Notes: generated by a model not told the origin, from the sequence alone. Positions 8,981-18,457 are shown, counted from the first letter of the stretch. The stretch is DNA of 64,000 bases from Kiloniellaceae bacterium (GCA_021776115.1 JAJFGN010000045.1:3649-67648); one strand, 5' to 3'. Numbers and translations: made by a program.

Positions 8981-9993
8981 GCCGCGCCGCTCCGCTCATT
9001 CTGGCCCGGCAATCCGGACCCAAGCGCGCGCGCCAGCAGCGACTCCAACTCCGGCAGGTTCTGCCAAGCGACCGCGACCGGCACCGCCATCACCTTTCCG
9101 CGCAGTTCGGCGGGCACGCGGACCTCGTCCTTTTCGGTTGTGACGACGATGGCGCCCTCCGACCCCGCGTGCGCGATCAGCGCCGCAAGATCGTCATGGC
9201 GATAGCGATAGTGATCGGCAAACGCGCGGCATTCTATCAAGATCGCGCCCATGGCCTCCAAGGTAGCAAAAAACTTTCCCGGGCGGCCGATTCCAGCGAA
9301 AGCAACGACGCGCCGCCCCGCGAGAGCAGGCGTCCCCTTATCCGGGGCCAACTCCGCGCGCAGCATGTTGAGGCGTCCCCTGAGGCGGTCTTCGACGCCC
9401 CAGGTGTCCTTGCCCAATATGACCGCAGCGTCGGCCCGCGCCAAACCGCGCGCGAGCGGCTCGCGCAAAGGACCGGCCGGCATGACTCTCGCGTTGCCGA
9501 ATCCGTAGGTGCCGTCGACGACAAGGAGCGAGAGCCGCCGCGTCAGGTGTGGATTTTGAAGCCCGTCATCCATCACGATCACATCGGCGCCTGCTGAGGT
9601 GGCCGCAAGGGCGCCGGCAACGCGGTTACGCGCTATCCAGGTTGGCGCTGCGCGGGCGAGCAGGAGGGCCTCGTCGCCGACATGATCCGCGTCGTGGCGG
9701 GCCGGATCGACGCGTTCCGGCCCCGCCAGCCGGCCGCCATAACCTCGGGTCAGGCCATAAGCCCGCTTGCCGTGTGCTGTGAGCAGTTTCAGGAGGGAGA
9801 TCGCTACCGGGGTCTTTCCCGCCCCACCAGCCACCAGATTTCCAATACAGATGACAGGGGCGCCGGGGTCTTTCGGATGCGCCAGGGCGTCGCGCAGGCG
9901 TCCCGCAAGACCGTATCCCGCGCTTAAGGGCGACAGAATATGCGGCAAGAGGCCATCTTCGCGCCAAAATTCAGGTGCGCGCATCGCGCACAT
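8977..9993 (-). CDS. lpxK: Tetraacyldisaccharide 4-prime-kinase
   Basis: FWREDGLLPHILSPLS... with the P-loop CIGNLVAGGAGKTP and the body SRGYGG-like TRGYGGRL. The start could be the MRAPEFW methionine at 9984. Confidence 0.9.
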   Translation of the reverse strand: MCAMRAPEFWREDGLLPHILSPLSAGYGLAGRLRDALAHPKDPGAPVICIGNLVAGGAGKTPVAISLLKLLTAHGKRAYGLTRGYGGRLAGPERVDPARHDADHVGDEALLLARAAPTWIARNRVAGALAATSAGADVIVMDDGLQNPHLTRRLSLLVVDGTYGFGNARVMPAGPLREPLARGLARADAAVILGKDTWGVEDRLRGRLNMLRAELAPDKGTPALAGRRVVAFAGIGRPGKFFATLEAMGAILIECRAFADHYRYRHDDLAALIAHAGSEGAIVVTTEKDEVRVPAELRGKVMAVPVAVAWQNLPELESLLARALGSGLPGQNERSGAA

Positions 9994-10705
9994 CCTTTTT
10001 CGATTCCCCTTCCACGGCGGGCAAGGTTTCGGGCTGCCCGAAGTGGCGGTCGGCTTCCATGGTCAAGGTGTTCAGGCGTTGCTCCAGAAATTTCCGCAGA
10101 CGCTCAAGCTCGGCTGAGTCGGCCTCGGCTGGGACGTAGATAGGTTCGCCCCAAAAAATCACGCCGCGCGCGAAGGGCAGGGCCAGGCAAAACCGGTCCC
10201 AAGACCCCATGATTCGGCGCCGACTGACCGCGCCGGAAAGGGGCAGGATAGCAGCGCCGGAAATCTGAGCCGCCTTGATCGCGCCCATCTTCGCGTGCAT
10301 GCGCGGTCCGCGCGGTCCGTCGGGCGTAACCGCGACGCATTGGCCTTCGGCCAGCAGCCGCTGCATGGTCCGCAGCGCGACGGCACCGCCGCTCTTGCTC
10401 GATCCTGTTACCGTGCGAACGCCTAGCTGCGCGGCGGCGCGTGAGATCAGGACTCCATCGCGATGCTGCGAGATCAAGATATGAATGGTCGCGCCGCGCG
10501 GCATGGCAGCCCGCATCATGACCATGCGCCCATGCCAGAAACAGGCAATAAAAGGAAATTCCTTGGCGATTAGGTCGCGGGTCGTAGGCGGCTGGACCGT
10601 TACCCATTTGGTCGTCCGGTAAACCAAATGTAGATACATCGCGGCCAGCCAAACTAGTAGGGCCTGAACCGTGCGCGACTTTAATATGCGTTTGCTCAGG
10701 GTCAT
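9971..10705 (-). CDS. DUF374 / lysophospholipid acyltransferase-family protein
   Basis: FIACFWHGRMVMM...ISQHRDGVLISRAA...VAVTPDGPRGPR matches the DUF374 proteins that usually precede waaA/lpxK in alphaproteobacteria. Confidence 0.75.
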   Translation of the reverse strand: MTLSKRILKSRTVQALLVWLAAMYLHLVYRTTKWVTVQPPTTRDLIAKEFPFIACFWHGRMVMMRAAMPRGATIHILISQHRDGVLISRAAAQLGVRTVTGSSKSGGAVALRTMQRLLAEGQCVAVTPDGPRGPRMHAKMGAIKAAQISGAAILPLSGAVSRRRIMGSWDRFCLALPFARGVIFWGEPIYVPAEADSAELERLRKFLEQRLNTLTMEADRHFGQPETLPAVEGESKKDVRDART

Positions 10706-10769
10706 GCCGGGAGGTGAAAGCGCTTGGTTTCAGGATATAGCGGTATCGCGGGGGTATTTAAAATTGGCA

Positions 10770-12632
10770 CTAGGCTCTTGCAGTCGCCCGCCGGTCACGA
10801 TCTCCGGCCGCGCTCAGTGCTTCGCTTGCGGCGCCGTCCTCTTCGGCGAACTGCATTGCATACAAGCGTGCGTAGGTGCCACCGCTGGCCAGCAGTTCAG
10901 CGTGCTGGCCGGACTCAACGATCCGGCCCGCATCCATGACATAGATGATATCGGCGTCGACCACGGTCGAGAGGCGGTGTGCGATGACCAGTGTCGTACG
11001 TCCCTGCATCAATTCGCTCAGTGCATTCTGAACCTGACGCTCCGATTCGCTGTCGAGTGAAGATGTCGCCTCGTCAAGCAGCAGGATAGGGGCGTTCTTC
11101 AACATCGCTCTGGCGATCGCAATTCGCTGGCGCTGCCCACCGGAAAGCCGGCTGCCCTTTGGGCCAACGGGCGTATCGTATCCTTGGGGTAGCTCGGCGA
11201 TGAAGTCGGCCGCTGCCGCTGCCACCGCGGCGGCGGTGATTTCGGCTTCGCTCGCGCTAGGGCGGCCATAGGCGATGTTAGCCCGTACCGTGTCGTCGAA
11301 CAGCAGGATCTCTTGGCTTACCAACGCGACCCGCTGGCGTAGCGAATCCAGTGTGACGCCGCGCACGTCCTGCCCGTCTATCGTGAGCGTTCCGGCGGCG
11401 ATGTCATAGAAGCGCGGTATCAGGTTGATGATAGTCGACTTCCCCGCGCCGGAGGGGCCGACGAAGGCGACTGTCTTTCCGGGCGGCGCCTCGATGGACA
11501 CGTCGTGCAGGGCCGGCGTCTTGGAATCGTACGAGAACTCGACATGCGAAAACCGAATGGCGCCGCCAGAAACCTTCAAGGGTTTGGCGTCTGGCGCGTC
11601 TTTGATCTTGGGCTCCATGTCGAGCAGCGCGAACAGCCGTGCCGCCGCGGCGAGGCCTTCTTGCAGACTGGCGTTGAGCCTGGCCAAACGCTTCATCGGT
11701 TCGTAGGCCATGAGGAGCGCCACGATGAAGGCAAAGAACGAGCCGGGCTGCTTACCTTCCGTGATTACCTGATAGCCGCCGTAAAGAATGACCGCCACCA
11801 CCGCTACGCCGCCAAGGATTTCCATGATCGGGTGCAAGGTATTGCGGGTGCGCTCGGCCTTGTAATTCAGACGGAAGATGTCATCGATCGCTGCGCGCGC
11901 GCGCGATTTTTCATAGGCCTCCATGGCATAGGCTTTTACGTAGCGTATGCCCTGAAAGCCCTCATCAAGCAGTGTCGTCAGGTGCCCAACGCCAACTTGC
12001 GTGCGGCCCGAAACCTTGCGCATGCGCCGGCCGATGCTCACGATCGGCAGAATGGCGCTGGGGAAAGCCAGGAAGGCGATCAAGGTCAGCAGCCAATCCT
12101 CATAAAACATGACGCCGACCAGGGCGAGCGCGGTCAAGGTATCCTTGCCGAAACCGACAAGTGTGTTCGAGACCGCATGGCGCAGCAAGTTTACGTCGTT
12201 GACAAAGCGCGCGATCAGGTCGCCGGGAGAGGTGCGGTTAAAAAAGGCGAGATCCGCGCCGATCAAACGGCCGTAAAGGCGGTCTTGCATCTCGGCGACG
12301 ATCTTGTGGCCGACATAACTCATGAGCACGCCTTGCCCATAGGATGCGAAACCCTTGGCGGCGAACACCGCGAGGGCCAACCCCGCGATCGGCCACAGCA
12401 TCGCCTCGTTCTTGTCGATGAATACTTGGTCGACAATTGGCTTGATCAGCTGGGTAAAGCCCGCGGTGCTGGCGGCGACGATTGCCATGCACAGGATAGC
12501 GGCGGCGATCCGCCAGAGGTGCGGGCGCACGTACTCGCGTGTAAGGCGGCGGACCAGGGACTGAGTCGAGTTGTCCAAGGGCGGCGCGGCGGCCGCGGTC
12601 GCTGAATCCGTCGTAGGGCGGTTTGCGGTCAA
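10770..12632 (-). CDS. msbA: ABC exporter, fused permease/ATPase, MsbA-like lipid A flippase
   Basis: 620 aa with six predicted TM helices followed by an NBD: Walker A GPSGAGKST, signature LSGGQRQRIAIARA, Walker B ILLLDEATS. Placement in the lipid A cluster supports the call. Confidence 0.8.
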   Translation of the reverse strand: MTANRPTTDSATAAAAPPLDNSTQSLVRRLTREYVRPHLWRIAAAILCMAIVAASTAGFTQLIKPIVDQVFIDKNEAMLWPIAGLALAVFAAKGFASYGQGVLMSYVGHKIVAEMQDRLYGRLIGADLAFFNRTSPGDLIARFVNDVNLLRHAVSNTLVGFGKDTLTALALVGVMFYEDWLLTLIAFLAFPSAILPIVSIGRRMRKVSGRTQVGVGHLTTLLDEGFQGIRYVKAYAMEAYEKSRARAAIDDIFRLNYKAERTRNTLHPIMEILGGVAVVAVILYGGYQVITEGKQPGSFFAFIVALLMAYEPMKRLARLNASLQEGLAAAARLFALLDMEPKIKDAPDAKPLKVSGGAIRFSHVEFSYDSKTPALHDVSIEAPPGKTVAFVGPSGAGKSTIINLIPRFYDIAAGTLTIDGQDVRGVTLDSLRQRVALVSQEILLFDDTVRANIAYGRPSASEAEITAAAVAAAAADFIAELPQGYDTPVGPKGSRLSGGQRQRIAIARAMLKNAPILLLDEATSSLDSESERQVQNALSELMQGRTTLVIAHRLSTVVDADIIYVMDAGRIVESGQHAELLASGGTYARLYAMQFAEEDGAASEALSAAGDRDRRATARA

Positions 12633-12964
12633 GAGGCTGCCATAAACTCACTTGGGAAAGGCGCGGGACGATACCACGAGAGCCCGCGCCGCGCCTAGTG
12701 GCCGCACCGAGGGGAGAGGCCTCACCCGAAGGGGGGTATATTCCCACAAGATTAACGCATTAGCTGTTGGGATCGCTTCGGATCCGAGGGCTCCGCCTAG
12801 CGACCCGGCGACAGCGATTAGAGGATCGGCCCCATCTTGTCCAGGAATTGCTGGGCGCGACCGCCGCGCCCGTGGAATTCTCCGTTGGTCCCATTCGTCT
12901 TCCTCGAACAATTCTGCCGGCGTATACATGCGTACTGTGAAAACCGGCAGGGGACTGCGGCGCT

Positions 12965-13858
12965 ATGACCGCCATTAGTGTGCGCATAATCCATAACCCC
13001 GCTGCCGGGGATAGCCGACAAGGGTTGTTTGACCAAACGGTCAGGCGCTTGCGTGGTCTGGGATGCGGGTTTGCGGTGGTACGCACCGCTGCCTCTGGCG
13101 ATGCCGAGGCCCTGGCCCGGCAGGCCGTGGATGACGGCTATCACCGTGTGGTCGCGGCCGGTGGGGACGGCACCATCAACGAGGTCATTAACGGCTTGGC
13201 TGGCTCCGGTGTGCCGCTGGCGATCCTGCCGTTGGGCACCGCCAGCGTCCTGGCCCAGGAAATCGGGTTGCCGCCGGAGCCGGAAGTGGTGGCTGAGACG
13301 ATCGCGCGCGGGGTACCAAGGTCCATTTCCCTGGGGCGTGTCACGAGCGAGGCCGGCCAAGGCCGCTACTTCTCGCTCATGGCCGGGGTCGGGTTCGACG
13401 CCCATGTCGTCGCCGATGTCGATCTGGCGCTTAAGCGCAGGATCGGCAAAGGCGCCTATGTCGTCGAATCCCTGCGTCAGCTCAAGACATTCGCGTTCCC
13501 TTGCTACCGGGCCGTTCTCGACGGCGTGACCCATGAGGCTTCTTCAATCGTCATCGCCAAGGCGCGCCACTACGGCGGACCCTATACTTGCGCGCCGGAG
13601 GCCCGCCTCGACGACGTGGCTTTCCACGTGTGCCTATTTGAGAAGCCGGGTTCCCTGGCCGCAATCCGCTATGCGGTAGCCCTGACGCGCGGTACCCTGG
13701 CCAACCGCTCGGATTACCGCATTCTGCGGGCCCGCCATGTGCGTGTGGAAGGCCCGCCGGGCGATCCGGTTCAAGGGGACGGTGACATCATTGCCGCCCT
13801 GCCGCTCGAAGTGGAAATGGTGCCGGACGCGATCGAGCTTGTGATGCCGGGAACTTAA
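12965..13858 (+). CDS. Diacylglycerol/lipid kinase family protein (YegS/BmrU-like)
   Basis: VVAAGGDGTINEVINGL...ILPLGTASVLAQEIG and GVGFDAHV are DAGK catalytic-domain motifs. Confidence 0.85.
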   Translation: MTAISVRIIHNPAAGDSRQGLFDQTVRRLRGLGCGFAVVRTAASGDAEALARQAVDDGYHRVVAAGGDGTINEVINGLAGSGVPLAILPLGTASVLAQEIGLPPEPEVVAETIARGVPRSISLGRVTSEAGQGRYFSLMAGVGFDAHVVADVDLALKRRIGKGAYVVESLRQLKTFAFPCYRAVLDGVTHEASSIVIAKARHYGGPYTCAPEARLDDVAFHVCLFEKPGSLAAIRYAVALTRGTLANRSDYRILRARHVRVEGPPGDPVQGDGDIIAALPLEVEMVPDAIELVMPGT

Positions 13859-15198
13859 GCCCCTGCGATGGTCATACCCTCGATACGCAGGGTCGGAGCG
13901 TTGGTGCCATAACGGAAAGTGAGGTCGTTGGCCGGCGTCAACTTGGCGAAGATGTCCTTCAAGTTGCCGGCGACGGTCACCTCGCTGACCGGATAAGCGA
14001 GTTCTCCCTTTTCGATCCAGAAGCCCGAGGCGCCGCGGCTGTAGTCGCCGGTTACGCCGTTCACACCCATGCCCATCATCTCGGTCACGTAAAATCCGGA
14101 GTCGATATCGGCCATGAGCTCTGCCGGTGTTGCGGTGCCCGGCTCCATAAAAAGGTTGGTGACGGCGGGTGACGGCGGGCTAGAGGTGCCGCGCGCGGCG
14201 TGGCCCGTTGTCTCCAGGCCAAGTTGCCGTGCCGAGGAGAGACTCATGATCCAGGTCGTCAGCCGGCCGTTCTCGACAATCGCGCGGTGCGCGTTGGCCA
14301 CGCCCTCGCCGTCGAAGGGCTTGGAGCGCAGGCCGCGAGGCCGATGCGGGTCGTCGACGATGGAAACGCCGTCTGCAAAAATGGTCTCGCCTAGCTTGTC
14401 TTTCAGGAAGCTGGTGCCGCGCGCGATCGCGGGGCCGCTGATGGCGCCCGCCAGGTGCCGCAGCAGGCTGTTGGAGACGCGCGGATCGTAAATAACCGGC
14501 GCCTTACCGGTCTTGCCCTTGCGCGCGCCCAGGCGGCGGACCGCCTTTTCTCCAGCCCGCCGGCCCACGGCGGCCGGAGACTCCAAATCGGCGCCGTACA
14601 CGCTCGAGGAAAAATCGTAGTCGCGCTCCATGCCCAAACCTTCGCCGGCCAGGACCGACACGCCGAGCGAATGGCCCGAAGAGGCATAACCGGCGGCGAA
14701 CCCGTTGGAGGCCACCAGTGCGATGCGGCTCAGACCCCAACCTGCCTCGGCGCCTTCGGAATTGGTAACGCCGGCGATGGCGCGCGCCGCCTCCTCACAG
14801 GCTTTGGCGCGCTCAATCAAAACCTCCGGCGCCGGCTCGTCCGAATCGCAAATCTCCAGGGCCGGAATGTCGCGCGCCAGCTGGTCCGGCTCGGCCAGGC
14901 CGCAATAAGGGTCCTCCGGCACGCACCGCGCCATCGCAACCGCGCGCTCGATCAACTCGGCCAGGGCCTCCGGACTGCGATCGGTCGAGGACACCATGGC
15001 TTGGCGCTTGCCGATCAGGACGCGCAAGCCCAGATCCTGGCCTTCGGAGCGTTCCAGCCGCTCCAACGCGCCCAACCTTTGGGCATGGGACAAGGATATA
15101 CCGGAAATAAATACGGCGTCGGCGGCCTCGGCCCCGGCGGCCTTGGCCTTAGCGATCAGATCGTCGAGCAGGTTGAGGGCGTCGGCATCAGCATCCAT
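13855..15198 (-). CDS. pmbA: TldD/PmbA family metalloprotease (PmbA/TldE)
   Basis: Start taken at MDADADALNLLDDLIAKAKAAGAEAADAV (cat at 15196-15198). The C-terminus GDYSRGASGFWIEKGELAYPVSEVTVAGNL is typical of the family. Confidence 0.9.
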   Translation of the reverse strand: MDADADALNLLDDLIAKAKAAGAEAADAVFISGISLSHAQRLGALERLERSEGQDLGLRVLIGKRQAMVSSTDRSPEALAELIERAVAMARCVPEDPYCGLAEPDQLARDIPALEICDSDEPAPEVLIERAKACEEAARAIAGVTNSEGAEAGWGLSRIALVASNGFAAGYASSGHSLGVSVLAGEGLGMERDYDFSSSVYGADLESPAAVGRRAGEKAVRRLGARKGKTGKAPVIYDPRVSNSLLRHLAGAISGPAIARGTSFLKDKLGETIFADGVSIVDDPHRPRGLRSKPFDGEGVANAHRAIVENGRLTTWIMSLSSARQLGLETTGHAARGTSSPPSPAVTNLFMEPGTATPAELMADIDSGFYVTEMMGMGVNGVTGDYSRGASGFWIEKGELAYPVSEVTVAGNLKDIFAKLTPANDLTFRYGTNAPTLRIEGMTIAGA

Positions 15199-15350
15199 GG
15201 ACAGGTTTTCCAGTTCGGCGGTGGAATGGAAATCTCCAGGCGTTATATAGGCGCTCGGCAGGGCGCGCCACACCCCCCGCTGACGAGGAATGTCATACCA
15301 GATAGGCTGGCGTTGCCTAGATGCCCGGATGCGGGTAACTGTGCCAGACC

Positions 15351-15938
15351 ATGCCACAAGCGACCCAAATCCTCATGTTGGTTGGCAGTGTCCGGCAAGA
15401 GTCCTACACGCGGGGCCTGGCACACGGTATTCGCCGCGAGCTGGAGGCGCGTGCCGCACGGGTGTGTGTGCTCGACCTTTTCGAGATGCCGCTGCCGCCG
15501 CTCGATCTCGCCCTGCGGGCGAAGCGGACCGAACATCCAGATCCAACTGCCGCCCGCCTGTTTCGCGACGCCGAGTCGGCCGACGCTTTCGTGTTGACGA
15601 CGCCGGTTTATCACAACAGCTATTCCGGGGTTCTGAAGAACGCGCTGGATCATTTGATGCTGCGCGACGTGCGGTATCGCCCGGTCGGACTCGCGGCGCA
15701 TAGCGGCCGTTCGACCCAGGCGGTCGATCATCTGCGCCAAGTTGTGCGCGGGCTTTTGGGTGTCGCCATTCCAACCCAGGTATGTACCCGCGAGGACGAC
15801 TTCACGGCCGTGGCGCCCGGGGACTTCACAGTTGACGATCCCGATATCCTAGCCCGGATCGAGCGTTTCGCCGATGAACTGATCCTCTTTGCGACTCATA
15901 TGCGCGCCTTGCGCGCCGATCTGGACCGCCAAAGCTAA
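15351..15938 (+). CDS. NADPH-dependent FMN reductase family protein
   Basis: ILMLVGSVRQESYTR and TTPVYHNSYSGVLKNALDHL are flavodoxin-like NADPH:FMN reductase motifs. Confidence 0.8.
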   Translation: MPQATQILMLVGSVRQESYTRGLAHGIRRELEARAARVCVLDLFEMPLPPLDLALRAKRTEHPDPTAARLFRDAESADAFVLTTPVYHNSYSGVLKNALDHLMLRDVRYRPVGLAAHSGRSTQAVDHLRQVVRGLLGVAIPTQVCTREDDFTAVAPGDFTVDDPDILARIERFADELILFATHMRALRADLDRQS

Positions 15939-15977
15939 ACGTTTCGGGGCGGTGGGTTTTGTGGGCGGCCGGTTTAC

Positions 15978-16325
15978 TTAAAGAATGTCCAGCACGGCTT
16001 CCGGCGGGCGGCCTAAGGCGGCCTTGGCGCCATTTACGACAATCGGCCGCTCGATCAGGACCGGGTTCTCGGCCATGGCCTCCAAGAGGGCCGCGCGGCT
16101 AAGCCCAGCGTCATCGAGGCCTAAGTCCTTGTAAGGTGCTTCTTTCTTGCGCATGACCGCCCGTGGTTCCAGGCTCAAGAGGTCCAGGATCTCGCCCAGG
16201 CGCTGGGCGTTCGGCGGCGTATCCAGATATTCGACGACTTGCGGCTCAATCCCGCGTTCGCGTAAGAGAGCCAGGGTTTGCCGGGATTTACTGCATCTTG
16301 GGTTGTGGTAGATCGTGATAGTCAT
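15978..16325 (-). CDS. arsC: Arsenate reductase, glutaredoxin-coupled ArsC family
   Basis: MTITIYHNPRCSKSRQTLALLRERGIEPQVVEYLDTPP...IERPIVV aligns well by eye with R773-type ArsC. Start taken at cat 16323-16325. Confidence 0.85.
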   Translation of the reverse strand: MTITIYHNPRCSKSRQTLALLRERGIEPQVVEYLDTPPNAQRLGEILDLLSLEPRAVMRKKEAPYKDLGLDDAGLSRAALLEAMAENPVLIERPIVVNGAKAALGRPPEAVLDIL

Positions 16326-16432
16326 GCCTGGCCTCCCTTTGGCGTCCGGCGCCATCACAACCTCTTATTAATCTTCTTTCAAGACCCGGGGGTGCACAGT
16401 ACCGCCGGATCCAACGGCGCCCCCATGGGGAC

Positions 16433-17857
16433 ATGCACGTCTTATTGAATTTAATAGGCTTTTGCGCCTACGCGGCTCTTGCCGCCCTGACGGCGCTGCA
16501 CGCGCCGAATGCTTCGTTGAGCGGGCTGCCGCCGCTCGGGCAGACCGAGGCTTTTGTCCTAGCATGGATGGTTTTCCTGACTGGCGCCATGCTGCATGTG
16601 GCTTTCGCAGGGGTGATTAGTACGCGGGACGGGCGCGGACCCAGCGACGAGTTGGTCCAGGATATCGTCCTGCAACAGCAAGAGATCGTCCTTCTGCGCC
16701 GTGAGCTTGGCGGCATGCGCGAAGCCCTGGAGGCCGCGGCCGATTCAGGTAACCTGCGTGGAGGCGGGCGCACGATTGAAGAGGTCATGTCGGAAGTCAA
16801 GGTTCTGAAGTCCTTGATGAACCGGTTGTCGAACTCAAACGAGCCACGCATCAGAGAGCAACACGCAAGAGAGTCAATTGCTAGAGAGCCGATCGCCAGA
16901 GAACCGGTCGCTAGAGAACTAGTCGCTAGTGAGCCAGTCATTGAAGAATCGGCCGTTAAGGAACCTGTCGTTAAAGAAGAAGCCCCGCGAACCGAAAACA
17001 TGGCAATGCTCAATGCCGTCGCGCATCAGGGCAAAGCCCGTCTCATCGGAAAACCGGCCGCGCCTGTTCTGGTTCAGGGGGATACAAGGCGACCGATACC
17101 GTCTCTACCGCCCGTCGCCACCGGTCTCACCGAGGAGGAAGTCCTAGAATCGGTGCGCGAGGCCCTGCGGAAAGATCAAGTCGACCTTGTGCTGCAGCCG
17201 ATTGTCAGTCTACCGCAGCGCAAGCGGCGATTTTACGAATGTTTCTCACGCCTGCGTACGGTGAACGGCGAGCTGATTTTGCCGGACCAGTACATTCCCA
17301 TCGCGGAGCGCGCCAAGCACATCACAGCCATCGACAATATGCTGCTCTTCCGTTGCGTACAGTTGATCCGCAGGATTCATCGCAAAAGCCAGAACGTCGA
17401 CTTTTTCTGCAATCTGTCGCCCCACACGCTGTCAGATACCGATTTTTTCGGCGACTTCTTGGATTTCCTGGATAGTAATCAGGACTTGGCGGGCCATCTT
17501 GTGTTCGAGTTCGCGCAGGCCGATTTCGATCGCTGGAGTGAGGCTGGTGCCGGACTCTTGCAGCGGTTGTCGCGGCTCGGTTGCCGTATCTCGCTCGACC
17601 AGGTCCAAGATGTGGAATTGGACCCCGAAATGCTTGCCCAGCGACACGTCAGTTTCGTGAAGGTCGAGGTAAACCTGCTGTTGAAAACCTTGGTTCGGCG
17701 CCCGTATCTATTACAGTCTCTGCGCCGCCGCGAAATCGATGTCATTGTCGAAAAAGTCGAAGACGAGGAGCGCCTCATCGGCGTTTTGGATTACGAGATT
17801 GATTTTGGCCAGGGTTACCTGTTCGGCGAGCCGCGGCTGGCCAAGCCAGCCGCTTGA
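16433..17857 (+). CDS. Membrane-anchored EAL domain protein (possibly degenerate c-di-GMP phosphodiesterase or receptor)
   Basis: Two N-terminal hydrophobic helices, a coiled-coil-like linker and an acidic pentapeptide repeat. The EAL domain follows (LVLQPIV...YECFSRLR...FCNLSP...VFEFAQ...ISLDQV...VKVE...EKVEDEE...GQGYLFGEP). Confidence 0.85.
   Translation: MHVLLNLIGFCAYAALAALTALHAPNASLSGLPPLGQTEAFVLAWMVFLTGAMLHVAFAGVISTRDGRGPSDELVQDIVLQQQEIVLLRRELGGMREALEAAADSGNLRGGGRTIEEVMSEVKVLKSLMNRLSNSNEPRIREQHARESIAREPIAREPVARELVASEPVIEESAVKEPVVKEEAPRTENMAMLNAVAHQGKARLIGKPAAPVLVQGDTRRPIPSLPPVATGLTEEEVLESVREALRKDQVDLVLQPIVSLPQRKRRFYECFSRLRTVNGELILPDQYIPIAERAKHITAIDNMLLFRCVQLIRRIHRKSQNVDFFCNLSPHTLSDTDFFGDFLDFLDSNQDLAGHLVFEFAQADFDRWSEAGAGLLQRLSRLGCRISLDQVQDVELDPEMLAQRHVSFVKVEVNLLLKTLVRRPYLLQSLRRREIDVIVEKVEDEERLIGVLDYEIDFGQGYLFGEPRLAKPAA
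16865..16984 (+). repeat. In-frame 15-bp tandem repeat (about 8 units) encoding ARESI-AREPI-AREPV-ARELV-ASEPV-IEESA-VKEPV-VKEEA
   Basis: Read directly from the codons gca aga gag tca att / gct aga gag ccg atc / gcc aga gaa ccg gtc / gct aga gaa cta gtc and onward, inside the EAL gene linker. Confidence 0.85.
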
Positions 17858-17896
17858 GCCATTTCACCCGGTACTGGCCGCGCGGAGCACCGTCAG

Positions 17897-18349
17897 ATGG
17901 ATCTCTCCGACCTTAAGATACGTCGTCCGGTACCCGAGGAATGGCCAAGGATCCTGGAGATTCTTGAGACGGCCAACTTTCATCATATCGGTGGACCCGA
18001 GATGCCCTCGTTTCCTTTGAGCGAGTGTTTTGTCGCCGCAGTTGACGGCACAGTGTTCGGGGTCGCGGGGTACCGGGTACTCGATGAAACGACCGCTAAG
18101 ACGACGCTCCTGGCCGTCGATCCCGAATACCGTGGCCGCAGCGCTGGCGCGGCTCTGCACAGGGCTCGCCAGGAGTTTCTACGAACGCTGGGAATTAAGA
18201 CGCTCTATACTAATTCCGACGACGCGCGAGTCATTGCGTGGTACGAGCGCGTGTTCGGATACAAGCCGACCGGAAAACGAATTGCCAAACTCGCCCCTTT
18301 TGGCCGGAGCGACAAACACGAATGGATCAACCTGATGGTCGAGTTGTGA
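17897..18349 (+). CDS. GNAT family N-acetyltransferase
   Basis: 150 aa. The acetyl-CoA binding core is LLAVDPEYRGRSAGAALHRARQEFLRTLG (R/Q-x-x-G-x-G/A-like). Confidence 0.8.
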   Translation: MDLSDLKIRRPVPEEWPRILEILETANFHHIGGPEMPSFPLSECFVAAVDGTVFGVAGYRVLDETTAKTTLLAVDPEYRGRSAGAALHRARQEFLRTLGIKTLYTNSDDARVIAWYERVFGYKPTGKRIAKLAPFGRSDKHEWINLMVEL

Positions 18350-18457
18350 TGGGTTGGCGGTTTCGACCCTGAGGGCGGAGCCACTCGACCAGGCTTTTCT
18401 CAGCCACAGGGTTATGGCACAAGGTCCGCCTCGGCCCTGCCAGCTTCTCTGGACCCC

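Noticed and set aside
11505-12605. 366-aa ORF antisense to msbA. Similar long shadow ORFs occur at 47468..48988 (506 aa, antisense to hyuA), 25597..26634 (antisense to meaB), 44104..45027 (antisense to the GST gene), 22024..22788 and 58301..59023.
   Set aside because: These are typical of high-GC DNA, where stop codons are rare in non-coding frames. The translations are Arg/Gly/Ala/Pro-rich with no recognisable motifs. The opposite-strand genes have unambiguous family signatures.
12648-12929. 93-108-codon ORFs on both strands in the msbA / lipid-kinase intergenic region.
   Set aside because: Third-position GC is clearly lower than in real genes here, I recognise no motifs, and the ORFs overlap each other. 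I treat the region as non-coding, though it is kept as a finding.
15351-16325. The idea that the FMN reductase next to arsC is ArsH, forming an ars operon.
   Set aside because: The sequence looks like a generic NADPH:FMN reductase rather than ArsH. The genes are convergent, and no arsR/arsB/acr3 is present.
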